A DNA stretch of 64,000 nucleotides from Lepidodermella squamata (Eukaryota > Animalia > Gastrotricha). A program made the position numbers and the translations under genes. Below the pieces are notes generated by a model. The model searched no databases and was not told where the DNA came from. It saw only the letters and a list, made by a program, of their open reading frames with translations. The stretch's first letter is position 1; the number at the start of each line of letters is the position of its first letter. Shown piece after piece: positions 30,526 through 44,187 of this stretch. The stretch is from positions 1,116,001 to 1,180,000 of the forward strand of contig JBLDXI010000013.1 in NCBI GenBank assembly GCA_047495785.1. The letters run 5' to 3'.

Positions 30526-30889
30526 TTAAAAGTCCGCCTGAGCAGCTAAAAAGGTGCGGATGCGTTGCAGCAGTTCTTTTTTCACGGTGTCTGGCACAAG
30601 TTGGCGAGCCCGCGGCGTCACTTCTGTCACCAGATCGTCGACTGTCACGTTTTCGAGGCCACGCTGTTTAACGATTTCCTTACAATGCGTTTTCACTTGA
30701 TCGCGCCAACCGCACTCGACCAGCCGATTCCTTAGCAGCTCCTTCAGTCTCTCTCGCTCGCCGCTTTCGATTAATCTTTGGTTCACAGTTGCACGCATCT
30801 GAGCGTCGCGCATTTTGCGATCCTCTCTAAAAAATATTAAATTATTCAAATCATGAGATGTTCATAAGGCTATTAACTTACCCCTCCAT
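30526..30889 (-). CDS. ENY2: Transcription/mRNA export factor ENY2/Sus1 (8-nt first coding exon 30882-30889, intron 30827-30881)
   Basis: [36 protein letters not shown]...[34 protein letters not shown]. Confidence 0.96.
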
Positions 30890-32997
30890 TTCAAGGTTTC
30901 AGTTGTAACTTTGACAGGTATAACGTACGAAAACGATAAAATCTAGCGAGAAGATCACAAAGAATTTTATTAATTTATTTTATTGCAAAATTTAATTTAT
31001 ATTTTATCCAGTGCTAATTTTGCTAGTATATAATGAGAAAATTTAATTATATTTTCGCATCAGAATAAGCGCACATCCATTTTTTGTTCATTTGAACAGA
31101 ATCATTATTACATATATATGTATAACATTTTATCCAAAGTGGCAAGAAATATACCAATAATAATTAAAGTTCTGACTTCATCATACAATAATTATAATCT
31201 GCTGATAATTGCATTTCACATAGTAGGAAAAGATGGTGGCCCCGATTACATTTGTCCATGTTTCACTCGGATTCATCAAATTATCTTACAATCACTGTAG
31301 TTCAAGTAGCACCTGAATGCATTGCATACATGGCTTCATCTGGGCAAGATTGAAAAGCACGCTGAATCATACGAAGAAAGACCTACAAGAGCGCAATTCT
31401 TAACGAAAAGATTCGTGAAAAGAGAGAATGAAACAGCTGATGTATTGAGAATGCCTGCTTGGTTAATATCTGATTGAATGGGCAGGATTACTGTTTTATT
31501 AACGTCAATTAAATGTGGAATGGAGCACTGTTTTAAGCAGTCAAAAAAGAGAGCGGGTAATTGCGTTGCAGATTGAAAAGCCCCAATATTAGGTACCCGT
31601 AAATCTAGCCCGAACAAAATAAGCGCTTAGTCGGCAAAAAACTATTGCTACGAGGTGACAGAAAGAAGACGCATAGACACAACGAGAAAGGAAAATAATG
31701 CGATGAGAGCGCGAGAAGAAAACAGCGCGGGCGTGCGGACGAAAAATAGCAAGTAAATAGCAGGCGTGACAAATATTGGCCTGTCAATATGGAAAAGTCG
31801 ATTTGTTTTTATTTACAGGAAGAGCCGCGTGTGATTGATGGAAGGTAGACATATTTTATTTATGATTAAATAGTGTTATAACAATCACATGCCGACACTC
31901 CACAATGGGGTATTTCTTTGCGAAATTGTGACTGCCAAATCGGGTTAGAACGAATTAATTGTATTCAGAAGGGCGATAAATATATTTTTCAATTCCGCAT
32001 ATTTTTATATTATATGTATATATAGATATAGCAAGAGATGGAGAGAAAGAGAAATAGCATGAACAGTAAAAAACCACAATGAATAGGCATTGTGTAGCAC
32101 ATGCCGTTCAACGGGAGGTGCAAAGTTTTGATAATATATATAATCAAGTATATCACGTTATTTACAGAGACTTAGATTGTCGAATAACTTGCTTTTGGAA
32201 TCAAACGCAGCAATCACATGAGCATGTTGTATTTTAAATTGAACAAACTATTTACAGCCGTCATCATATTTACACAGGTAGATGAAGTCAGAACCAGACC
32301 AGTATTTTTTTATATTTATCGACACTGAATGTCATGTTTATCTTTTCGACATTTATCCCTCCGAAATACAGAAATAAGCTTTTCCAAGACTTGAGCACAA
32401 TCAATTCAAGCAGCACCTCGCGATTATAACCGGAAAATGCACTTCGGAAGGGGTAGTGTCTGTCAAAGTAGCACTAATATATGTATGTATTCAACTTTTA
32501 CGCCGCGTCCACCAATATAATTATGCATTTTTTAAATATATTTATTATAAAAATAGTGTAGAGCGGTGCAAAGAGTTATGAGCAGACAAGATAATATATA
32601 TATAGAGAGAGAGAATTATAAGGAAAAAGAGATGTTCATCGACATTTCATTATTATTATTATATATAAGCAGGATGCTCCGTTTTCTGGCGGCAAGATTG
32701 CCCATTTCAACAGTTTTTCTTTAAAATATACAGATTAAAAAGACAAAATTTAGCCTATAGATAGCTTCATAAAAGGGCCTAGACATTATCCAAAGATTCA
32801 TCGTGACCAGAGAAAGAGACTTCATACACCTATGATCTCACCAAAATATGCAAAACTAGCTTACTTCCACTTGTTGGCAGTTTTGATCTTTAATAATATA
32901 ATATAGTATTGTTCGTCAGTTAAACTTGACTTCCGAATATTACAGAGTAAAAACGAAAGCGTTTTGTATAATATTGATCAATCTTTAATGCAGCGGT

Positions 32998-35900
32998 TCA
33001 CTGAGCTAACGCAACGGGATTAGACGCAACAACAGACGGGTCTGATGTTACCACAACCGAGGGTAGGATCGCCTCAGCTTCGGCTGATTTCGTAGATGAT
33101 GGTTTCGCAGCTTCGGCGACTGACGCCTGCGGCTGCGACTGAGGTCGTTGCAAGTTGTAAGGAGACACCCGGTAACTATCGGCTGTCTGACTTTCCGTCG
33201 ATGAACTGCTACTGGAGACCGGTGGCGGCGCTGGATTGAACTGGAAGTCACGGGCGCTGCCTGAAAACGGCGTCCGCCGTCGGTTCGCGTTGCAGTGATT
33301 CTGCAGATGCCCAGGTTCGCCACAGCGGAAGCAATTGACTGTAGCGCCGCGCATCACTGTCGGCTGCGGCCGAATAGGCATGTTGCCCATGCTTTGAGAC
33401 TGGTGCAACTGCTGGCCGTTTGATGGCAAGCGGGCATGGTAATGGACGTTCGGAAAGCCTTTCACCGGTGGGGCTTGTCGATTCGATGGTAGACCACCGT
33501 GTTGCCCCGAAAACGGCCCATGAGTCCTCATTCCCTCGTTATTACCCCGAAAACCGCCCATATCTAAATGAAAACAGTGAAATATCATTCAAGGGAAAAA
33601 ATCCGATATTTGTATGGCAATTCAACAGAGTGCGTACATCCAAAAGCCGATTTATAGTGAAAATGGTCGGATAATGAATAATGCTCACTCGATGAGAGAT
33701 GACCAGAACTAGAGCTCGAAGCAGCGTTATTACCATTTGGGCTTAATGGGCCCGGCGGCGGGGGAGAAAATGAGTCGACGTGAGGAGGAGTAATGAAAGC
33801 TGCTGGAAAAGCCAGAGCGTGGTGAAGATCTAAACGTTGAAGAAAAAAATAAATGCCGAAAACTGCAATAAATGGCTCGAGCGCAAATTACCTCGATTGC
33901 TCAGTGCAATGAAGGGCACGGGAACCGGTCCGACGCTGCCGCTAACCACAGGATGTTGTACGGAAGAGGCGGAGTTGCCGCTGCTCGATGAAGACTGAGC
34001 ATTGTTCGATTTTTGATTTGTTACCGAGACAGGAAGGGGTGGGGGTGGGATTGAAAACAGCTGGGCTGGTGAAACCGAGTGCACGGTAACGGCTTGTGAA
34101 GGCGGGAGATTGACGGAATTTTTCCGCGAAGTCGACGCGCCGCCGCTAGACGACGACGCAGGGTGGTAGACGCCGGGTAGAGGTGGGGGTGGGTGCGTGA
34201 ACGCTAGCGCCGGGCCGTTTCGTTGACCGATGAAAGACTGGTTAGAGGAAGCTGAAGAATGATTCACCTGGTTCGGCATTACCGGCGGGTACAAAACGTA
34301 AGTCGAATAATGGTCGCCGGGGATGCTGCCCGACTCGCTCGCAATACTGCCGCGTCGGGAATTCGCATTGGACTGGTTTGCCTGGGCTTGAGCAGCCTGG
34401 CCGAAAGGAACGAACTGAAGTGGAGATGTGAAAAGATTCGGAAGAGACATTCCCATATGTAATGGATGTGGAGGTAACTGATGCGGATTGAACGGTGGGA
34501 ACGGCCGCGGAATCGCCTGAGCTGCTGAAACGGTGGCCGAAGTCGCGGTATGCGCCGCGGAATTAGCCGTCTCATTGTTTTCAGCAGCGAAGGCGGAATC
34601 GTCTTTACTCTGCTTAGCGTCCAGAGTGGACGTACTCGTGTTTTCTGACGAAGTCGCAGAGGTCGGCGGCGAGACGGAGCTGACGAGAATCGTTGGAGCG
34701 GCATCATTAGAGCCATTAGCAGTGGTTGTTGTAACTTTATCCGAGGTATCGCTAGAAGAGCCGCTAGTCGGCGGTGCGTTATCCGATTTAGTAGTAGGTG
34801 TAGGCGTGCTTGTTTGGACTGGATTTCCTTGCGCAGATCGGTTGTTAGCTGATGTTTGGAGCATGGATCGTTGTTGATTGTTACCATTAATAGAGGCCAG
34901 GTTGTGCTCAACCTGCATTTGCTGTTGAGCAATTGAGAACGGCATGATGAATGGCGAGTGAGGCGGGTGGTGCGCTACCGGCTCAAGCATGTGCGGCCCC
35001 GGCCACAACAAATGGCTGGGAAGCGGCGGCGGATGAATGCCGAGCATTGCCGCAGTCTGATAGGCCTGAGCATATTGCAGATACATCGCCAATGCTTTCG
35101 GATCGGCAGATTGCATTGGCAGATGAGGCAGGCAATCAAGATGCGGGAACCGATTGCCTGGTTTGGGACCATGGTCACCCATTATATCGCTTGACGAACC
35201 ACCAAGCGGGTGTTTCGAGTAAGTTGGCCCATCGACCATCTGATCATCGCTACGCGGATATTTGACTTGAGAATTTTTGGATGGCAGCGATTCGGCATTC
35301 CTGTTATGAGGGAAACAGCATTAACATGCATTCGAGTAATGAATCTTAGAAAATTACCAATCACATGAGCTGACAGCGGAGTTGGGACTATCATCACTTG
35401 AAGCACCGTTCAATGAAGGAGGAGCAGACGGGGCCAATTTACGGCTATCTCGCACATGATCAATGTTCGACATCGCTGAGCCGATGCCACTTGAACCATT
35501 TGAGCTAAACGGTAAATAACATTTATAGAGCATTATTTGCTAGCGTTACGCGCAGGTTACCTTCTGGACGAGTCAGATTTTTGAGATTTTTTATCAAAAC
35601 CACGTAAACTACTTGCCGAGCTCCCAGAAGCCAACCCGGATTGGGTGCCAAGACTGTCGGGGCTGTGATTTTCAGTGATGATGTAATCGGAATCGGGCGA
35701 ACACGAGTTGTCAACGTCGAGAGTTTCCGGTTTCGTAGAGGCGCGACGCATTCGCTCCTCATTTAATTGAGCTTTCGCATCTTGTGGAAAAATTTCCAGC
35801 AGTTTGTTTAGTCCGCCATCACTTACGATAGCGCTCAAAGCTGACTGTAAAACTGACTCTCGGCTACCATCTAGAAAAAACCATGTTGTTAAACTAAATA

Positions 35901-36806
35901 ATTTCAATTCTGTTGAAACAACCTTTAGCTTTCAAAAGCACAGCATTAGGATCTATTTTCGAAGTCGACGATTGCTGGGTACATTTCTAAGTATAAACAG
36001 CGGTTGGCATCATAGTGCATGATAAAAATATAGGTATTTCAAACCTCTGCATAGACATCGAGAAGTTTTTCCGTTTTAACAGTCACCGATTTCGGTTGAT
36101 GACCACCGTTTTGTGATGAAATATCGACTTGAATAAATGCGATATCTTCATCTTGAGAGATCTTGAACGGTTTTGTGGGTTGCCTGTCGTTACTGGCCGA
36201 TGAGTTATGGCTTGTTCCGACAAGGTCGCCGAACGAAGATTTCAGCAAGATACAAGATTCCTTATCGCCATCGCCAAGCGCGGGTTGCAATAAATCCACC
36301 ACTGATTGGAGAGCAGTATATAATGTATACTTCTGAGAAAACTCAAATGCTGGGTGGCACATGGCCAAAGAAAACAGCAATAGAATTTCATGAGCTGCCA
36401 AAACAGTCAGCGATGAGGATGAACTCATCTTCCTAACGGCATCAGGAATTTTCTGGAAAATCTCAGTGATGACCTTTGTCACCTCCAGACGCTCTCTGGA
36501 CTTCAGAAGGCAGAGAATGACAATGAGCTGCCGCCTCTGGTCATCCAAATGTAGCTTATCACCAAATGATAGCAGCTTCTCCGAGTTTCCCAACAATAAC
36601 GGCAAATCATCTTCAATTGAGCCTAGGCTGCCGTAATTTGCACTCAGTATGTTTTCAACTAAGGATGCAATGAATCTTATTTCCATGAAACTGCAATCTC
36701 TCAGAAGCTTTTCGAAGAATTCGATTCTTTCGTGAGGGCATAATTGTCGCACATTGGCAACCATGCCATCCAGGGACGCCGGCAAAGAGGCTGTAACTGA
36801 AACCAT
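32998..36806 (-). CDS. ZCCHC14/ZCCHC2-like protein (multi-exon; internal boundaries not fully traced)
   Basis: N-terminal Smaug/ZCCHC-type helical region (ERIEFFEKLLRDCSFMEIRFIASLVE; LLFSLAMCHPAFEFSQK), a long low-complexity middle, and a C-terminal CCHC knuckle (CFRCGEPGHLQNHC). Confidence 0.75.
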
Positions 36807-38765
36807 AACTCGACGTCACAAAAATTACAACACTCTATGAAATTATTTTTCATTCATTTATAGTAACAGATAAGAATCTTAACAGCATGAATTAGAAGTA
36901 CACCTGTATTCTTCGACCTACGAACTACGAAAGCTAGTATTAAAAGAATTCAGCAGAAAGTGCCAATAAGTAATCGACTACTTGGAAGCCGTGCACTGTA
37001 AACTCACTAATCCCCATGCGTGACGAGAAAACAGCCAGTGGAATAGTCAAAATTAAACTTAAAGGTGCGACAGGTTAATGACAAGCGTTTATATGTTCAA
37101 TATCCTACATTCTATGGCCAAGATCCAAGATGAAGCATTCGCCATCTCGCCACGGCGCCCACTATTCGCGCGCTGGAAGACAGCCCTAGCAACGAATTCG
37201 AAGTATATTGACAGTTTTCAGGGATGTTAAATTGGAAATCAAAAGCCACAAGCGATCAGCTAAGAGCTGCTAAATTCCAGAGTTTGGTAAGAGAATAGCA
37301 ATCAACTAAATTCGTCTGGCTAAATGACCAGCAGCACAGCAATGGTTCCGAAGCAAACGTGAGCATGCGCGTGGCGACCCTAAACATCTCCAGTCGCTAG
37401 TGGAGAAACTAGTAAAAGAATGGCGTCAAACTACATAAACGCCAAAACGTCTATAATTCAAATCAAGCATACTGGTCAATTCAGTTTTTCTAAATATATA
37501 TTCCACGTGATTCGATTGATCTTAGAATACCCCAAAACTATTTCAACGAATTTCAGTAGTCAATTACTCTTAGTCTTTAGGATCGACAAATGAATTAATG
37601 GGTCATTAGCCAGCGGACAAAATACTTGGCAAGGTGTTGAATTCAAAGGTTCATCGAGTACATTCATGCCGACGGCGCTCTAGATTCCGAACTTCGGCCG
37701 ATCAGCTTTTGCAACCTTTCCGCGATCCCGCGAAGTACACCAGTTTTTTTGAAAAAATAAATCACTCTAATGTTTATAAATATATTAAATAAATTTAAAC
37801 ATTCGAACACAATAAAATAAAATTATTGTTCAATAATTTTTGAAAAAATGAAGCCGCGAAATTTGAACTTCTATGGAACATCAGCTGATTTCATTTCTAT
37901 TTTGGAACAGCCGCACCTCCAGATGGCTTCCCCATCTCTGAAAGTGCGATCATGAAAGCTCTCAGGGTTTTTATAGGTACCCTCCACATTTTAATCGACC
38001 CGTGCTGATTTTTCGGTTGCGGCTTTTTTCGGGTTCGGATCCGATCGCGGATTTATTGACATAATATAATTCAAAACCTGTTCTACAGGTGGTTTTTATC
38101 GTAACATCACAGTGCGGAATGTGGATCGAAATTTATCTATTCCAAGTCTTATGCGAATAAAGAATCGGCTGACTTTGCGTCATGAAGAGCTTCTGAGTGT
38201 AACGAAGAGCTTAAAATTACGCAACTGACGATGGTCAAACATTTTATTTGTGTCATTCGAATTGGGCATCGCCACTCGCCAGTTGACGAGTAGGTCTAAA
38301 ATAATGAATCGCGAGACTTATTCGATATGCATAGGATTATTGTTTTCCATCAATATTTGAATATAAATGATCAATTTAACGGTAGATTGATGGGGCTTTT
38401 GCGTATTTTTGTCAAAATTATTATTAGCCATAGAACCAGGGCCGGAAACCGTCGGGAGGTCAGCAGGACCGTGGGCACTGGCAAACTGGCGGCCCTAATT
38501 CGTCATTTCGTCGGCAAAGCGAAAAAACAACGCCGAGAAGCTACCAAAGTACTTGGATTAGGAACCAGTACTCACCATAACATTTTTTCCCAAACCGCAG
38601 CCCCGAACACTCTTAAACAACGTGGCTAATGACACCAGCAGTTACTGTTTCTTTTGATATTACTGTTCGGTGCTATACGGTTTCAGAAAAATAAACCGTT
38701 TTCTGTCTTCTGGCTCCTAATTCAAGTACTTACCTACTGTAGTTTCTCGGGGTGGTTGTTCTGCG

Positions 38766-39300
38766 TTGCCGACAATTTTGACTGCACTTTTCAGCAAATC
38801 AAAACTTCGTTCACAACTCCAGACTCCTGAGTTACTTTCAAAACTGGCTAAAAAAACTCAGCCCTTTATTGAAGTCGGGCGCCTAAAAGCGAATGTTAAG
38901 TTGAAGCAATTAGCTGGATATTTGCGAGCGAAACGAGCTTCTGTTAGCAATATTCCATCGATGATATCTTGGCTAGTCGCATGCTCTGAAACTTCAACAA
39001 CAAAAATCAATGGATTGTTGCTGGAAAAGTTCGAATTTTGCGTTGCTCGAAATCACAACAGCCCTCGACGAGTTTGTTTCACCTTCACCTTGGCAAACCG
39101 CAATGCACGGAAATGCTCAAGTATTATGACTCTTCTTTCGACCCAACTAGTAGTCTTAAAATGAGATAGGAAGAACTTATGCGATCGAAGCGAGTTTTTT
39201 TTGCACAATTTACCGGAAAATGCAGAGATTGTCTGTAGTGGCCATTGGACATTGCTTTATTGGGCAACTAATGACCTTATGCAAAATTTTCCATTCTTGT
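38766..39300 (+). pseudogene. Possible degenerate transposase-like fragment (tentatively Mutator/MULE type)
   Basis: Coding-like ORF with no gene context. KQLAGYLRAKR...SMISWL...RRVCFTFT loosely recalls the pre-DDE region of invertebrate MULE transposases, and is followed by frameshift/stop. No catalytic motif or TIRs seen. Confidence 0.22.
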
Positions 39301-39636
39301 GATCTAGGCTTGAGCATCCCGACCGATTGTAGGAAATTCCTGACAAAACTCTGGCGGCCCTTTTCGACTGGCCCCTGGGCACGTATGCGTTAATCCGGCC
39401 AAAGCTGGACATCAATACAGACCGTCCGAATAAATGATAAGCAGTTGAGGATAACTTCTTCCGATTTCGTGAAAAAATAACGAGTCAATGGGTAACACAG
39501 CATACTAAATTTCCAGTCCCAATGCACTGTTCTTCTCAACACAACACACAACTTTCAGCACATCGCAGACCCGAAAGCTAGAGGATGATAAATGAATCTC
39601 ACCCGGTTCGACTTTTTTTCCAAAACGAAAATTGTT

Positions 39637-39702
39637 GCCGAGAATCGAACCTCGTTCCCCATTGCTTGCCTATCCATGTAAAGCCTACACAGCTACTAGC
39701 CT
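39637..39702 (-). other. tRNA-like Pol III promoter relic (degenerate tRNA or SINE head)
   Basis: The minus strand reads GGCTAGTAGCTGTGTAGG (A-box-like), about 30 nt, then CGAGGTTCGATTCTCGG (B-box GGTTCGATTC). Acceptor and T stems do not pair correctly. Confidence 0.35.
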
Positions 39703-39994
39703 GTTATGGTTAATGGTTAGGCCCGAGTCGCTTCATTTGGCATATATCGAGGCACCTCCAACATCTTAAGTCACCCCCTTGAAATCTCACCTGGCAGTGG
39801 CGTTTTCCAGTTTCTGTCCAACGCCTTTACAAAAAAAATCGGCAACGAAGGTTTACAACTGCTCGACCATAAATCCGTTGCAAAACACAATTCTCCATGT
39901 GATTTATTTGCTAATAACTGAACCAAGATCGATCAAATCACTTAGTAGAACAATATTCATTTAGAAAAACAGGATCGGAAATTAAATCACTCGG

Positions 39995-42900
39995 TTACAT
40001 CATCATATTTCCTAATTGCCGCTTGATGTTATCAGCATGTTTGACGTATCGGGTACAAAGCGCTTGAACTCGCGTGTGCAAGTCGAAGATTTGAAGGGAG
40101 CCATCAGTTGAATCTGGCGAATTGCTGTTATTTTTGACAAATTCATTCAAAGCCACCACAACTCGGTCGAGATGCCACCAAGGTAGGCAGCATGCGAAAG
40201 CGTAAGGACCCAATTTTGATTCTTCCTAAAAACATCAAACGCAAAATTTGGGAGCAAGATCCAAATTGAAATGCATACCACTAATGCATTCTCGATTATG
40301 ATGACAGAAATTCGACCGGCATCAAGAAGACGCTTGTGTTTGATTGTGGCTCTCAGCAAAGCTTCGCTATCTTGGCGAACAGCCAAATCCCATAGCCAGG
40401 ACGGTAATTCAAGATCGGCTATGTAAAGAGTTCGAATGGCGTGGAATGTGGGACGAGGGTCGTCCAGACGCAGAAGCGATGACTTCAAATCGTTTTCAAA
40501 TTGTAGGCGATCTGGAATAGAAGAACAGTATATAGCTTGAACCATGGAAATATCTCGTTGTCATACAATTAAGGTCCAATTTCGTGCACATGGCATCGAC
40601 AAGAGCCGTTGATAGGTCCCGACTGGGCGATTGTAGAGCTCGGCAGAGCTCAGTTGCGGCTCCGAATAATTGAGCGGTGGAAAGCCAGCGAACTAAATCC
40701 GGTGCGCTCAATCGCAGAATTATAGGTGCAGCCTTAATATAAATTATAAAGTATACAACCCCCAGTTGTCAAATAACCACTCACTTCTTCGAATTTGGGT
40801 TTACGATTTTCTCCGAGAGATTCCTTCTTCTTAGGTTTCTCCATCTCCATCCCTTCCTCGGCGCTGGGTGGAAGTTCGCATGCGTGAATTAGTTCAACCC
40901 TGGCATCTTCGATCCGACACTGCTCATCGATATGACTCAAAGTGACGACATCGTTAGCGCAGTCACTGTTGACTCCTGATGACTTCATTATCTGACATGA
41001 AATCCACTGCTCAGTGACAGGCATAACCATTTTTAGGGTGCAATAAGCCAAGGCTAGAGCATCTCGACGGCGAACGAAATCTACCGGACTAAGGGACGAC
41101 AATGGAGGCAAGCGAGCGAAATATTCAAAAAGAGCAGATGCAGCTGGAAAGATTGAACTTGAATTCACAAATCAGCAACCAAATCAAATATACCTTCGCG
41201 CAGTCTGTTCTGACTAAGATTCATCCGGTATAGCGACCAAGAAACGTCCCAATCTGGGGACTCACTCGATCGAAGTGTTCGATGCAAAGAATTTGCGACC
41301 AACTCATTGATCTATAAAATATAGATGAGTCATTTAACGATAATGATTAGACAGCATTAAAACACACCTTGTCATTGCAATAGTGAGTCAAATCAATCAG
41401 CAAACAATCGATTAGATCGCTCAATTTATTTTCATTCACAGCTGTTGAAACTATTACATTGACCGCTGCAACTTGATCTTCATCTTCATCCATTTTCAGC
41501 AGCGTTGCAATGGCCGCCCGAAAATCAAACGCGTGACATTGTAATTTAAACAGTTTCATATCGAGAACTCGAGCAAAATTGTGCGATCCACCAGAGGCGA
41601 TGTCGATGAAGTAAGGCTTGGCGCGAACGGCCGCTTCGATAGCTATCGGCGTGCAACCGAACTGTTGAGCAAGGTCCAAGATTCGAATCCAAAAATCAGC
41701 CTCTGGTTTCTCAAGTCTAGCAATATGCGGGCGGCAACGTTCCGCCAACAACATAGCGTCGATTTTGTCAATATTGAGTGCAGCTTCAACGAAATATTCC
41801 AGGGCCAAAGCGATTTGGTTCCGCAGAAGAGCACATAGCCCATAAAGATAAAGCCGATAAGCCGAGCCAGGGTAGTTAATACTTGAACCTAAGGCTTTTT
41901 GATAGCCTTCAAACTCGGTGAACAGAGAATTATCGAGCAAAAATTGCTCAAATAGGAATGACGAGTTTTGTGGCAGCAGGAGCTTCGTTAAAATATTAGC
42001 GAGGGAAGTGATACTTGGACGAGAATCGCCCAAGCTCCCCTGCAATACAGATGAAGAGCTCAAGGCATACGACACGAAACCATCCGCCAGCCAAGTAAGT
42101 GAGGTTGATGCGAAAATGTCATCGGCGGATGATTCATCGGGCGGCATAGGGCTTTCGAGCAAAGTTCTGATAGTTTTCAACACAACAGCGAGTTGAGGTA
42201 GTCTTTCTGACTGTCTTGAGGCGCTCTGATTAGGCTGGAAGCAGATCAAAGCCATTGTGTAAGAAATAAGCCAATCGAGATTCACGAGAACAAAACGAGC
42301 AATCATTCGACTGTAGATCGATGAATTTACAAAAGGTTCCAAGGTATTTTCCTCGCACGCCACACTCTTCAAAAACGTGTCATGAGACATGGAGCGATTG
42401 ATGAGAGCGGAAATAACAGGGTCAAACTTTCCTGATTGCGCAGATTCCACGGCGTACCGCAAATCTTCATCAAGAGTAAGCATGAATGATGCAGCACATT
42501 CGATGACAGCATCATTTGACGAAAACATTGACATACTAGCGCCTTCTGAGCTGGACAGGATAGTGTTGTAAAACGCATGTGCGACGCGGTCGAGTAGTTC
42601 AAACTGGTCATTGGGAATGAATGCCGGAATATCTTGAGGCAACACTGGTGATGATGGGAAAATAGCTGTCAATGAGTGACGATGATAAATGAACGCAAAA
42701 TTTTTAGCGTAGCAAACGTGAACACCCAAAACTTTGCGATCTTTCGACCAAATGCTCTCAATTTTCCGCGATAAACTTTCAACTGCCATTCGTGACGAAT
42801 TAGATGATTCCGTTGCATTTAAATCAGCAGACAAAGCTTGACGGGCAGAGAGAGCAGCTGAAATTCCGGATCCGACTACGTTGCTGTTGATAATTCCCAT

Positions 42901-44187
42901 GTGAGGCAAACGCAAAGTCTGCAACAACTGACGCAGAAGTTGAACAGAACCACAATCGGCGGAAAGTATAGAATGTGTGATAAGGCTGGCTTCGCTTTGG
43001 ACATCGTCATTGTCGGCAAATGATGTAACAGGTCGACGCCAATACTGAACATTACTACCGTCGCCTTTTGTCTCAATTGAATCGCCCTCTTGAGAAATAG
43101 GAACGCAACAGGCGATCGGGGTTCCATCGTTGGTTTGGCAGGCCAAAAATATGCAAAAACGGAGCATACCGAAGTCCAGTACTGACATATTTGGATTGCA
43201 AAGCGACAGCTTTACTTCTGAGGTAGGGGTAAGCGCTAGCTTCGGCTGAATTGTGGATTTACAAAGAGTCAACTTAAGAGCCAAAGAATCCCGATGAAGA
43301 ACGCCGATTAACAGCGAGGAGCCAGTATCGATGACTTTCGCCATTAAAGGCGACCCTGTACAATTGAAAACAGCAGGGCCCGACGCGCATGACGATAATC
43401 GCTTTTTGCTGCTTATGTTATAGAGCTCGAGTGCATGAGAACTTCTCAAGATGAATAACCCGTTACTGCCTGATGCAGAATCCATATATGCATCAATCGA
43501 AACAACGGTGTGAGCCTGATTAGACGTCGACGCAAGAGACATCAGCCTGGAAAACAATGACGTTGGCTCGATAAAGCAATGTTCAAAATTCGGCGACTCC
43601 GTGCCAGTCAGCGCTGGTGCACGAATCAAGAAGACACGAGCATTGTCAAATGCAATCGCACAAAATACGGACGGCTCCGGAGAACCAGCGATGACGCATG
43701 CGGTAGACGCAGATATAGATGCATTAGATGTGAGCGATCCGAACAAGAAAGACCTCTGAGGAAGAAATACAGCACTTGCATCACCGGCAGGAAAACCGGT
43801 TAATAATCGTTCATTTTCTCGAGACGGAAAGTGCCAAACAATCCAGTGAAGACTGACGTTAGAGATAAGCACCAGGACCATCTGTTTTGAATCCAAATCA
43901 GCACAAAGTTTTGCCTGACAAATCGTCGAGTTGTTGATGCGAAGAGAAATTGAAAACGTTTCTTCAGTTTCACCATTTGCGAAATATGTCTCAGACAAAG
44001 TAACAACCGGCGAGTCAACGACGCATTTCAGATGAGTTAGGTTTCCATTAGCTTGGCGATCTATGGTTAATCCGGACGCTGCAACAACTGAGCTTGAGTA
44101 GGTTGGCAATGATCGAGGCACAAGCTCATTGGCAATTGTTTCATGTGAAACGTCATCCGCGTCTGCAATTCTCACCACCCGAATCAT
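39995..44187 (-). CDS. NUP160: Nuclear pore protein Nup160-like, divergent (946-codon first exon plus several small exons)
   Basis: Length and beta-propeller-then-helical composition fit. SLFSRLMS motif is present, and the spliced C-terminus LELPSWLWDL...ALLR...RLLDA...CCLPWWHLDRVV resembles the Nup160 tail (LPxWL...LLRLY...WLPYxxID). Confidence 0.65.
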
